From Eukaryota sp. TZLM1-RC (Eukaryota; Protista; Metamonada: BaSk clade), in NCBI GenBank assembly GCA_040285825.1, contig JAUPSS010000011.1:620001-684000 (forward strand): 64,000 bases of DNA, given 5' to 3'. A model generated the notes under the pieces. It saw only the letters and a list, made by a program, of their open reading frames with translations. It was not told the DNA's origin and did no database searches. Position 1 is the stretch's first letter. Each line of letters begins with the position of its first letter. This document shows, one piece after another, positions 1 to 10,578 of the stretch. Both the position numbers and the translations under genes were made by a program.

Positions 1-327
1 CGAGGTCTAGAACCTTGGTTGATTACGCAAAGTCAATCACAAAACACTTCGAAAATTTACTGCCTTCAGTCTTTTTGCAACAAACCAGGGATAAAATCTA
101 GGCAACAACCATTTTATTTCATTTTCTTGGATGATTTTGTTGAAATTGTAAAACAACGTACATGAAGAATTTTAACGAAACGTTTTGACAGAACAGAATT
201 GTAATTTCCATTTTTAAAGGTGTTGTCCCGTTATTGTCTTCTGCTCTATTATCTCTTATTTCGCCTTTATGAAAAAAACTTCCAGTCAATTTTTGTTGAC
301 TGATTTAGGATATGAAGATTTAGAATT

Positions 328-1896
328 ATTGGCCATGAACCAATTGATTTTTTCATTAATGATGTCAATGTCCCCTTTATCAATTATGATCAGTCTGGTT
401 TTCGTTTTTTGGGTTGTTATCTCGGAAATATTGATGAAGTCAAAAGCCAACTTTCGACTCTGTTGACTCAATTTGGAAATGAATTAGAATCAATAGAAAA
501 TTTAAATATTGAGAAACATTTGAAATTCTTTTTCCTCAAAATCTGTTATTCTGGAAAATTTACTCATATTTTGAGATCAACATCACCATCAATTTCCTTG
601 GAGTTCTGTCGCATTTTTAATGAACAAAGAACTAATTTTTAACAAAATTATTGGAAATTGATGCATCTCAGTTACGAAGCCACATTTTTTTGTGGTACAA
701 ATTTTGGTGGTGTTGATTTTCATAAGTCAAGCTACCTTTGTAAAGCTGCCTTTATTGGAAGTGGAAAGAATTTTATTTATGAATTTGTGAATCGTTTTCC
801 TGAAAAAATTCATCTCATTGAAAATTGTGGCAGCTCCTATCTTATTTCTTTGCAACAGGAAATTGAAACTCTTTCACCCAATATTTGGGCTAAATGTTTC
901 CCCTCTGATATTGTGGAACTTCCTTCAAGAAGCTTGCTCTCCTTACCATTGACTTTTGCAAAATTGCAGAAAAAATTTTGAAAGTTTTAGAAAACTTGGA
1001 TTATATTGTACGTCTTAGCTTGGCTAAGGAAAAAATCCCGTTTTTGCAAACTTTTGATTGATCTTGAAGACAGTTGCTCAAGTTGCTTAATCTCCCAAAT
1101 TCCCAACATTTACGGCCTTCTACTTAATGATCACCAATGGACCACTGCAATGAGATTGAGATGTTTTCTATGGCCTTGTTCATTACCAAATGATTTAATT
1201 TGTCGCTGCAAGAGTGTTGTTACGCTTTCCCATATTTTAAACTGTAAGTATTTTATAACTTATCGCTCACTTGTTCATGACTCAGTTCGTGATCAATTAT
1301 ATGCCATGTGCAAAAGTTTCAATATAGAGGCATTTATTGAGCCACTAGTACGTAAGCTGTCTTCAGATCAAACTGATGATTCCTTTGGTAAAAGAAGGGC
1401 AGATTTAGTAGCTCCAGGGATCGATGGTGTTCTCAATGTTATAGATGTTGTCTCAGTTTATGTTTTCAAAACTTCTGCTGCTCGTTTAGTGTATTCCGCT
1501 GATTCGCCGTTACCTAACGCCGAAAAAAAGAAGATAAAAAAATATGAAGAACCTTTGGCACAGTTAGGTAGAGTGGAACATGTGAAATATCAGTTTGTGC
1601 CGTTTGCAATTTCTCTTTTTGGCAATATTGGACCTTCAGGGTTGCACTTTTTGGAAAATTTTAAAAAAGTGTTACTGAATAGGTCTGGTAATACAATGAA
1701 CTCCACTTTCTGGTTAAATAGAATTGTTTTTTGCATTTTCAAGTCTATTCCACCAATGATTTCAAAGGCACTTTAGCTATTGGTGTAGAATATGAACGTA
1801 ATGCTGTGAGTAGGTTCAGTAATAGTGACGCTTGTTTGGAGGATATTGAATTTTAGATGGTTTTTTTATCTCAATAAATATTCCAGTTTAAAAAAA
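328..1896 (+). mobile_element. 5'-truncated CRE-like non-LTR retrotransposon (RT C-terminus, CCHC zinc finger, restriction-like endonuclease), frameshifted
   Basis: Motifs GFRFLGCYLG (late RT), CRC..LSHILNC, HDSVRDQL, RRADLV..VIDVVSV (RLE). AATAAA then A-tail at ~1890-1898. 13-bp TSD AAGATTTAGAATT at 315-327 and 1897-1909. Near-identical to the copy at 52828-54475. Confidence 0.88.
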
Positions 1897-2074
1897 AAGA
1901 TTTAGAATTTTGATTTTTGTGTACAGTTTTTGAAAGTATTAAATTAAAAATTTTCTAAAAAAACGATTTTATTCAATAATAAAAATTAAAATAGACAGTA
2001 TTATACAAAAAATAAAAAAATGAAATAAACAAATTTAAAACCAATAAATAGTTGAGTTCCCAATACATTGGAAA

Positions 2075-3745
2075 TTATTTCTTTTTCTTGGTACTTTTTT
2101 TAGAAGCCAATTCTGCGGCTAAATTAGCTTCCCTTATCGCCTCCAACTTACTTCTAATTCTTTTTTGAATTAAAATCGCTGAACTATGGGCCAATTCTGA
2201 AAGAACTTCCTCTTCAATTAAAAGAGTTAAAGTAAAGTTATTTGTAGCTACTAGATTGCTGAAATGAATTAAATCTGAAGTAGATATGAAAAATTCATTA
2301 CCAGTAACAATACTTAACAAGTCTAACAAACAACAAATACATTCATAAGGAGTGAAGTAGAATGCTTCATCAATATTCAGTAATTCACAAAAAGAGGGAA
2401 AAGAAAGGTCAATAATGTGGGTCAAGTTTATAGGAATTCCATTGAATTCAGCAGTAGTTGAAGTAATTGTAGATAGTTTTTGGTAAAGTCCCTTACATGA
2501 ACAATAATCATCAAAAAAGTTCAACAAATTGCCCACCTCCTTTTTGTTATATCTAAACAACTGAGACACCAAATCAATTTGATTGATTGATTGATTGGTA
2601 GTCAACATAAGATCAAAAGATTCGACCAAACTATTGAAAACCTCACCAAATGAGGTTTGGGGTTCGCAGTGTACAGCAAAGGAAAAACACATGTATTGAA
2701 TTAAATCAACAAACTCCCGAAAAGAAACACTTTCTAAAAGAATTGATTGCTCTAAGACTTTATTGGTCGAGTCTCTGTCAAGAACAGACTGGCATAAATT
2801 TAAGAATTCAAAAACAGGTTGGAAATCTTTCGCTTTAAAGAAAAAAACATTATTTAATTTCAAAGTGTGAAGAATTTTCCAAATTTCAACACTGCTTCGA
2901 CTGATGGCCGTGGTATCTGAAAGAAATAGAAAAGTTTTTGTCAATAAAAGCTTGTTTTGATTAATTAAATCCTGAATTAAGGGCAATTCCTCAGCAAAAA
3001 AGCGCTCAACTAATGGCAAAGTTCCAAAAGAGCAATACTCTTGCAAAATTTCACAAGAATCACTAGTCCAATTACCTAATAACTTTGTCCCATTCAGTAA
3101 ATTAGTCAGAACTCCAATACCATCTCTAGAGCCACTAGTGAAGTAACCTTTAAATAGGGAAGCTAACCCCTGACTGTCATTGATTGAAACCTGACCGTTG
3201 CCATGTCGATTACCACGATACCAGTTGCCGACGTAGACCACACCGCCAGGACCAGTAGATACCCCAAAACCATGCTTGGTATCTTCCTCGAAAATCCCCT
3301 CGAAAGATTCAGAATTAGATGACAATTTGCCCTTTCCGTATTTGAGGTCATTGAACCATTGCCCATCAAATGTTAGTTCTTTGCCATTAATATTAGCATT
3401 GTAGGTTCCTTTACCTTGTCGCCTTCCTTGATAGAACGTACCTTCATAACCCATTGAAGAACCTTGGCCATGAGGCAGCATACCCACTGCTTCTCCAGAG
3501 AAAAGTGTAGAGTCACCACGTTTAATTGTTGTAAAACCATTGCATCGGCCGTTGAAGAATGTAGAAATGATTGTAAGTCCTGAAGAAAACGTTAATGTTC
3601 CGGAACCATGAGGCAGACCGTGAAGGAAAGAACCTTCATAGTGGACTCCATTTAAGAAGGTGCATTGGCCTTGGCCGGAAGGAAGATTGTTTGATGTTTC
3701 ACCATCATAGTTGTGATAAAGAAGTTTGGTAGGAACATGAGTCAT
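2075..3745 (-). CDS. MORN-repeat protein with C-terminal IQ-like motif (radial-spoke/flagellar type possible)
   Basis: 556-aa ORF with many Y/FxGxF/WxxGxxHGxG repeats in the N-terminal half; AILIQKRIRS near the C-terminus. Confidence 0.85.
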   Translation of the reverse strand: MTHVPTKLLYHNYDGETSNNLPSGQGQCTFLNGVHYEGSFLHGLPHGSGTLTFSSGLTIISTFFNGRCNGFTTIKRGDSTLFSGEAVGMLPHGQGSSMGYEGTFYQGRRQGKGTYNANINGKELTFDGQWFNDLKYGKGKLSSNSESFEGIFEEDTKHGFGVSTGPGGVVYVGNWYRGNRHGNGQVSINDSQGLASLFKGYFTSGSRDGIGVLTNLLNGTKLLGNWTSDSCEILQEYCSFGTLPLVERFFAEELPLIQDLINQNKLLLTKTFLFLSDTTAISRSSVEIWKILHTLKLNNVFFFKAKDFQPVFEFLNLCQSVLDRDSTNKVLEQSILLESVSFREFVDLIQYMCFSFAVHCEPQTSFGEVFNSLVESFDLMLTTNQSINQIDLVSQLFRYNKKEVGNLLNFFDDYCSCKGLYQKLSTITSTTAEFNGIPINLTHIIDLSFPSFCELLNIDEAFYFTPYECICCLLDLLSIVTGNEFFISTSDLIHFSNLVATNNFTLTLLIEEEVLSELAHSSAILIQKRIRSKLEAIREANLAAELASKKSTKKKK

Positions 3746-3815
3746 TATTACAGATATTGTCTATAACAATGAAATGGGTGCCCTTTTACACCAATGAAGA
3801 GGGTCTGAGTTTTTA
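3746..3815 (-). ncRNA. Conserved family-A element end / candidate omega-RNA scaffold 3' part (copy A1)
   Basis: Minus strand CATTGGTGTAAAAGGGCACCCATTTCATTGTTATAGACAATATCTGTAATA|ATG; homologous to 15937-16005 and 39220-39307; terminal hairpin. Confidence 0.55.
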
Positions 3816-4470
3816 ATACTCTTAATACCTTCTTTTCAGAACCTTCATCAACCTTGGCTCTCTGTAGGTATACCGGTCTATCTCCGCCATTTACATGTGC
3901 TTCCATCATCATCAACATATTCAGCGAAGCATTTCGATCTCTATTCCACAAGCTTTCGCATGATTTACACATGGTAAGCCCGTGACGAATAGACATCTCG
4001 TGCCTCTTCCATGGCCTAGGATTTCTGCACCATCGGAATGTTTCAACTGTCTTCTCCGCTTTCTTACGGTTGAAACAACAGCAACTGGTTCGAAAGTCAT
4101 CAATTAAAAAGACCTTATAACCAGCCTTTTATCAATAGAATTCTCAAACCTTTTCCTTTGGTAGGTTCTTTGAATTTCATGTGTTTTCGTTGTTCCCAGT
4201 CTCCGATTCCAATAACTATTTGGCTGGGATCATCAATTACTGATTTGAATTTATGAATCATCTTTGCCTCAGATCTTGTGCGATTAATCTCAGCCCACCA
4301 CCTTAGTTTCCTAAATATTTTTTGATGATAGACTTGACCAACAATACTATTCACAAAATTCTTTTTTTTTGATATACTCCATAAATCTATCAAACCTGCA
4401 GCTTTTGGAATTGAAATGGGATAATGTTGCTTCCCATTCTGCTACAGATTTAGTCGTGTGATCATTATTT
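3746..4470 (-). pseudogene. Fanzor (family A) 3' fragment, frameshifted; 3' end abuts the MORN gene ATG
   Basis: Pieces FRKLRWWAEINRTRSE, VIGIGDWEQ..KEPTKGKG, RHGLTMCKSC..WNRDRNASLNM..GGDRPVYL are typical Fanzor RuvC-II, zinc finger and RuvC-III region. Last ORF stops at 3748, 2 nt from the ATG at 3745. Confidence 0.85.
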
Positions 4471-5168
4471 CTCAAATTTAACGAGTTATCAATTTCGTGG
4501 GGAATATTGATTTCTTGAGGTACTTTTCCTCTTAATAAACTAATTGTTCTTTCAGTCATTTGATTAATTATACTGCTGTTTAAATCCATCCTTTGTTGTT
4601 GCTCTTCAGATGGTTTATAATTATATAGATCAATCACTCTACCAGTAGAGTTACTTATTGTGATAAGACTGTCATTCCATATGCTGCCTCTGATTCTTTT
4701 GAATTTGTGTTTGAGCAATTATTTGCAAATTAAACTTGGTCTGTAATCATGTAACCAAAATTACCACAAAACGCAGGATATAGAATGATTAGAAGACACA
4801 AGTTGAAGAATTCAGTAGGAGAAATGCATCACATTAACACAATAGATTAAAGTAGACAACCGAAGTTAGTGAAGCAAATAACAAAAACATTACTTCATGC
4901 CTCGTCACCGAATTAAAAAAGTATTGATGTAATTAATTCATCACCATGAGGATTTAACAAAATTTCAACAAGGGAAAATAGCCAATTATAGTTGAAATTA
5001 ATTCTTAATTTACCCAATCCATAATAGTTGTTCTGAACATAGAATTTCTTAAATTGAATTTATTCCAAACAAATTAAATCTAGACAAACGATTATAACAA
5101 TTTATTTCAATGAAATAACTTTGTTAAAGGATCAATTAAATATTGCCTAGACTATAAAAAAACTAAAT

Positions 5169-6173
5169 CTAATCCAACTCAAATAAATCTTGCATTTTAT
5201 CATCCAATTCTTCAACTTGCGGAATTGCATCTTTATTTATAACTTCAACATCTTGAACATCAAAATCATCAAGCCTATTCAAAATGGAATTGCAAGTGTT
5301 GATGCAAGATGAAAAGTCTTCGTTCTGATCTTTGATTGGCTGCAATTGCTCAATCAAACCCTCAATCAATTTCCCCAGGTTAAAACCCCTCAGCAACTCC
5401 ATTCCTTTTTCCGAAGAGCATAACAAAAACAAGCTTTCAATTACCATTAATAAAATGTGACCATCTTCTTTTACTGGATCATTCACAATCACCCTTTCCA
5501 ATGACTTCCACAGTGTATCATTGGCATCAGTTAAGAGAGTAAGGTGAAGTGACTCATCAAATAGAATGTTACGAACTGCACATGCGGCACCTCCTCTTCG
5601 TCTGATGGAACAGGAAGAAAGTTGATCCAGGATGTGGGAAAACAGACTGGGTTGTTTTAAAGTCACCAATTCTTTAAACGATTTGAGCCTGGACACGTTA
5701 CCGAGAATAGGAGCGACAAAAGCAGCTTTATCATTCCCTTCATCAAAAGGTCGAGACATTTCCACTATGAGCTTAATGATAAATGACCCATTGGAAGCCA
5801 TTAGGGCATCGCATCCATCCTCAGACAAAGACAGGTTTGACAGTAACATTAATGCTATTTGAAGAAAAGGATATGACTTATCATTCATGATTCGCTCCAT
5901 TATTCGGGTAATTATACCCTCACTGATGATGTGGGATAAGAGGTCCTCTTCAGCAGAGAGATTAACCAATATATTATATGCCGAATGTACAACAATAGGG
6001 TCATCTAAAGACAACAGTCTACAAAGCTTAGGAAGTGCACCAATTTTGACAATGTCGTAACAAGTATCTGTATTGCTGTAAGAAGCTAATTCTCTGACGG
6101 CTAGACGTAGAACTTGACTGTTGTTTGTATTGGGATCAACAAAGCTTACAAGATCCACCAAAGATGAAGACAT
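5169..6173 (-). CDS. HGH1: HGH1 (FAM203) family ARM-like eEF2 chaperone
   Basis: 334 aa; LVNLS, MLLSNLS and RRGGAACAVRNILFD motifs; acidic C-terminal tail. Confidence 0.8.
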   Translation of the reverse strand: MSSSLVDLVSFVDPNTNNSQVLRLAVRELASYSNTDTCYDIVKIGALPKLCRLLSLDDPIVVHSAYNILVNLSAEEDLLSHIISEGIITRIMERIMNDKSYPFLQIALMLLSNLSLSEDGCDALMASNGSFIIKLIVEMSRPFDEGNDKAAFVAPILGNVSRLKSFKELVTLKQPSLFSHILDQLSSCSIRRRGGAACAVRNILFDESLHLTLLTDANDTLWKSLERVIVNDPVKEDGHILLMVIESLFLLCSSEKGMELLRGFNLGKLIEGLIEQLQPIKDQNEDFSSCINTCNSILNRLDDFDVQDVEVINKDAIPQVEELDDKMQDLFELD

Positions 6174-6199
6174 GGTAACAAATGAAGAATGAGATTAGT

Positions 6200-6387
6200 G
6201 CTGGAATTTTTTAAGACTCAACTGTGAATTTCTATCAAAACGCACTTCTAGCTTTTGACCAATTCATGCAATCTTGATAGACGTTAAGCTTACTTTAGAT
6301 CTATCACTATATGATATCACGATCAAATGATAGTTAAAGCAGCAACATCACAATACGCGTACAGGTACGCAATACATGGAAAAACAC
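6200..6387 (-). ncRNA. Candidate omega-RNA of the Fanzor at 6388-8301
   Basis: Directly 3' of the Fanzor stop. Inverted repeats TCTATCAA/TTGATAGA, CTATCA/TGATAG, GCGTAC/GTACGC. Shares GAAATTCACAGT (6221-6232, minus) with the region 3' of the paralogue (14032-14043). Confidence 0.5.
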
Positions 6388-8301
6388 TTATCTACGTGGT
6401 CTCCGGAACGCCTCAGGTCTTTCATTGTAGTAGTGCTCACTTATGGCAATCTCCAGCTGGTTTCTGGAAGATGAGATGTCCCTCGACCAGAATGTCTGAC
6501 ATTGAGGGCAAACAAACTTTTCATTGTTCACCCTCCCATCATCGTGATACAACTTTTGATTGAATACCTTACAGCAATTCGTTTTGGCAGATGTGTAGAA
6601 TTCATCTCCATTAGGCTTCACATATGTAAAATGTTTCTGAATCTCCTTCAAAAAGCGCTTCCTTGGGGTTTTCACAGATTGTCTTGATGGCCCATCACCT
6701 ACACTACCAAACCAAATTATGGTTTCTCTTCCATTAGCCATTAGTTTAATTTTTTCAATTAATCCCATTATTCTTTTTTGCCTTCTTATAAAGAAATCAA
6801 ACTTGTTGCGGCGCAGGGCTCGGCGATCTCCATTTATCAGCAGTTGGTCTAGTATAGTTCTCGGACGGAAGTCGGGATTGCTGATTTCTTCCTGTGTCGG
6901 TACCCACATCAAAGGCATTGCTACTTCATTAAGATATTTGTGTAAATTCTTAGCAAAATAGCAATTTGGTGATGCATGGGTCAGGACCGGGGGGTGAATG
7001 ATCTTCTTTGCGTTTGGATTCAGAACAAGGCCCGAAAGTTGATGATCAACATTGTTATTATCAATTCTTGATCCAATTGAATAACCACACAAATTTTTGT
7101 GATTAGGATCAATTGCACAAAATGAATATTCAATTGGATTAACTGGCGGAGGCTCATTGGCGTCGTCAGTTCTTCGACGTTGCCTAGGACGAACCTGTTG
7201 TTGAAGTCTAGAGTTTCGCTTTCGACTCTTTGCAGGTATATCGAGTTCACCACTGGCTATGGTGGTTGCCAATTCTCTGGCTGTCCGGCGATTCTTATTT
7301 TTTTTGGGGGCAAAAGAAAAAGTGAAGCGGATTGAAACAGCATCTGAACTGATTGTGTAAGTCAGATACTTCTTTTTTCTGAAAAAGGCAAACGGATCTT
7401 TCAGCAGACAGCGGTTGGCATTAAAAGAGACAAAATGCTTTTCCAGTTGTTGACTAAAAGAGATAAAGCCAGGTGAATAACTGGGGGATGGGGACACGGC
7501 ATTTCTTCGCATGGTGTCAGATGCAATATTTTCCAGAAAGGATAAAATATTTAGCCCAGCAGTGAATAAGAAGGTGATGTTGTCTGGACTGAGATCAACA
7601 TTGTCCAGCATTAACATAGCGTCAAAACGATGAGGGTCAGCAACCTGCTGAATAAATAGGTCCATTATGTACTCATGGTGACCTTCATCATACCATGCGC
7701 GCAAAGAGTCAGGGATAGTGGCTGCAGTCGTGTTCACCACTAATGAAGCATATTTCTTTGGGCAAGGGCACTCAAAGAAGGTAGCCATTGTCCGGAAGAA
7801 GTTCAGCTTCCAGGAGACAGGGCCATCAGTAAGTATTTGACAAAAGCTGTTCGCCATTTGCAGTGCGCGAAAGCTTCTAATGTCAGAATGGCACCAGTTG
7901 TCGGTTCCCTTCTGAAAGCCAATAGGAGGAAACGGCCAGCCAGGTCGGAAAGAGACATCATATAGTGCGCGGTACACTTCCATATGATTCTCGAATGGGC
8001 GTCTCACAGTCGGATGAGGTACCATTACAAAGTCTTGACATTGATACCAAAACTGTTGTTGATATAACCAGAAAGCCATTTCCGGATACTGCAGGACGAA
8101 CAGCTGTGCTAACCGGGCAGTAAGTACAGTGACAGATCGAATATAGCGAAACTGTCTTTCCATTGAAACAAGAGCTGCAGTAGAGAAGAACTGAGCAGCA
8201 CTTGCTGGAACTGTCGTCTTGCTGTCGTTTATTGGTTGCTCACGACGGTTAACCTCCCAGGGGAGTACACGCCCTCGACGTGGCAACTCTGGATTTGCCA
8301 T
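6388..8301 (-). CDS. Intact Fanzor-like RNA-guided RuvC nuclease (family B), 637 aa
   Basis: RuvC-I FCAIDPN, shifted RuvC-II DEFYTS, zinc site NCC...CPQC, RuvC-III WSRDISSSRN, C-terminal ERPEAF; basic NLS-like segment before RuvC-I. Confidence 0.85.
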   Translation of the reverse strand: MANPELPRRGRVLPWEVNRREQPINDSKTTVPASAAQFFSTAALVSMERQFRYIRSVTVLTARLAQLFVLQYPEMAFWLYQQQFWYQCQDFVMVPHPTVRRPFENHMEVYRALYDVSFRPGWPFPPIGFQKGTDNWCHSDIRSFRALQMANSFCQILTDGPVSWKLNFFRTMATFFECPCPKKYASLVVNTTAATIPDSLRAWYDEGHHEYIMDLFIQQVADPHRFDAMLMLDNVDLSPDNITFLFTAGLNILSFLENIASDTMRRNAVSPSPSYSPGFISFSQQLEKHFVSFNANRCLLKDPFAFFRKKKYLTYTISSDAVSIRFTFSFAPKKNKNRRTARELATTIASGELDIPAKSRKRNSRLQQQVRPRQRRRTDDANEPPPVNPIEYSFCAIDPNHKNLCGYSIGSRIDNNNVDHQLSGLVLNPNAKKIIHPPVLTHASPNCYFAKNLHKYLNEVAMPLMWVPTQEEISNPDFRPRTILDQLLINGDRRALRRNKFDFFIRRQKRIMGLIEKIKLMANGRETIIWFGSVGDGPSRQSVKTPRKRFLKEIQKHFTYVKPNGDEFYTSAKTNCCKVFNQKLYHDDGRVNNEKFVCPQCQTFWSRDISSSRNQLEIAISEHYYNERPEAFRRPRR

Positions 8302-9253
8302 TGGGGTGAATATGTCAGTCGAGAAAAGATCAGACAGTCAATAAAAATTTGATTTATTCACAACTTCTTACATCTATACAAATACAAAGCCTGAGCAAAA
8401 TGATAATTAAACACTATAATACGTGATATTTAAGCTGCCGCAACTATTTTCTTTCGTGAAAAGGTTACAGTTGAAGGAGTTTTTTAGGTGATAACATTAG
8501 CATATCCAATCAAGAAAACGTGTTGTTTCATTGTGTTCGTATAAAGTATATTTTCGTAATGGGATCAACTTGACACTTCTTTAATCTTGAAATAGAAACC
8601 ACTCAACCTAACAATGACTCTTGACAGGACAACATTCACAACCTCCTTCGTGACCCTGGTACCTCTACCATCCTGTCTTGTCCTGTGTCCTTAACTTCCT
8701 TCAACGTCAGCGGAAACAACATTTCTGACTCCCTTACACCTACAATTGTCTCGTTCCTAACTATTAATAGTACGCTAACCACATTCGCTCTTGGCCTTTC
8801 TCCTAGGAACCGACCTAAATAGACAAAAGCCTGATTTTTCAAGTTACTTCAAAACTATACATTGTTCTTCAACTTTCGCTTTCGCTACTGGTGACAATGT
8901 ATTGAGGTCAGGTTGTTGCATCGGACTCATAGCTATACCAGCACTTTCAGTACCCTTTCCAGCAGCCTTTAGACTGTCATCAGTAATTTCAATAACAATG
9001 GTTTGAGACTGTTGTTTCTTAAACACCTCTGATCTCTCTCTTCCATCCAGAATGTGTTCAGCCAACATCAGAATATCTAGAGCAGAATTGGTAGAAGATG
9101 TTCCTCCTGTCTTCACTTTTATTACCATCAGTTATCAATATACACCCTTGCACCTCTGGTATCGTTTTTTCAACGAATCAACTCAATGGTTATGAAAATC
9201 TGTGAACCCTGACTCTTTTGCGTCAAATTGAAAAATTTTTGAGGTTGTTCGAA

Positions 9254-10008
9254 TATTGTACCATCTTTACGTATTAAATCCAAACCCCCGTCGAACCCTC
9301 TACTGAGAAACAAAAGAAGATTTATCAAAAGCTCAATGAACGAAAATGACTGTTTGAATTTGTTTTCTTGCTTGGCTTCTGAATCCAGCTATTCTATGAT
9401 TTCAAGGAACTTTTACCTAAGAGCAGGTTGCGAAGAAGTAAAGACTCCTAGAGAGGGAGAAGGTGGATCTAGTGATGAATTGTCAAGCGATTTCAGTAAC
9501 CTAAAACTTGATTACGATCATTTTTCTCTTTTTGATTTCGAGCTTTATTCAAACTTTAGCATTCCCAAACTATTATTTGATTTAGTGTTAGACCTCAAAC
9601 AATCACTCTATGATAATCAATCAAATTTTGATTGGTTCGATCTTTCTGTCATCAATTCGCTCACTGATATAGCAATTTCGCTTGTTTTGTTTTTTTTATT
9701 GAAAAAATTAGACTATTCGTACTTGATGGATTTTGTTGATGCCCTTTCTTTTTTTACTCGGTTTGGGTCATTACGAGTAGCATTAACGGAAAGAATTGTT
9801 TTTAGTTTTCATCTATTCAATGAAAAAATTCAAATGTTTAGTTGTTTGGTGCTTTTATTGTTTTTTGAGTCGCCGTTTTCCACCATTATTAAAATTTTAA
9901 CTTTGGGTAAAAATTTCAAGAGGTCTGCTTTGATTGATCTATTTATACTAATCTTATTCAGAAATGAAAATTTAAAAAATTCGGACTATTTGAATCTTGT
10001 TGGTGATT
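9254..10008 (+). repeat. 755-bp near-identical duplicate of an internal piece of the kinase gene (44155-44909)
   Basis: Direct match from TATTGTACCATC to TGGTGATT with only a handful of substitutions; creates the spurious 230-aa ORF 9336-10028. Confidence 0.95.
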
Positions 10009-10043
10009 CAATGAGTACACAATACTGAATGAGTACATTGATT

Positions 10044-10578
10044 TTAAGACTCTAGGTAAATACACCACATTATACACCACAAAGATGAACACACACCACA
10101 CTCTTGGGTCTTAGTGACATAAACTTTGAAGACTCCCTTTGAAGTTGATGAGTATATTTGTTTCTTGACAGTGTGAATACAAGGGATTTCCAGTGTTGTA
10201 CGTTCAACACAACAACACTGTTCTCCCCTGTTGTTCACTGGTTGTACCATCATTTGATTTAATTTTTTAATAATAAAATGGCTGACCCTTTTTTATTTTG
10301 ATAAATAAGGGATTAGACAAAAGCTGACATTTGACTGCACTGGTTTCGATACAGATAGTTTTTCTGATTTCATCAGATTGGTGCAGTAAAACATCTTTGA
10401 ATTGAATTAAAGCTATCAAAAAGTTGGAACCTCGCAGTGCCAGGTCCCTTTTCAATTGAAAATGACTTCCTTCAACTCTAGAAATAGTATAATTGCCCAA
10501 ATGAGTGACCTCATCCATCTTAGACTTGATGAAATGTTGATAATAAAGCAACCAACCAGTAACCATTAACTTTGACAA
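10044..10578 (-). pseudogene. Mutator/MULE transposase C-terminal relic with SWIM-like zinc finger
   Basis: HLGNYTISRVEGSHFQLK resembles the MULE catalytic-Glu motif; CCC..LEIPCIH resembles SWIM CxC..PCxH. Confidence 0.7.

Noticed and set aside
1991-2001. ATAGACAGTAT match to the family-A end
   Set aside because: Only 11 nt in AT-rich DNA, no flanking homology and no following ATG.
8500-8580. CCAAT..AAAA..GTTGT..ACTTGACA similarity to 14172-14262 as a possible TIR of family-B elements
   Set aside because: No counterpart at the opposite end of either element; may be a generic promoter motif or chance.
8636-9200. Short ORFs between Fanzor B1 and the duplicated kinase piece
   Set aside because: No recognisable motif; cannot be assigned without a search.
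9336-10028. 230-aa ORF as an independent gene
   Set aside because: Internal duplicate of the kinase gene ending in filler sequence.
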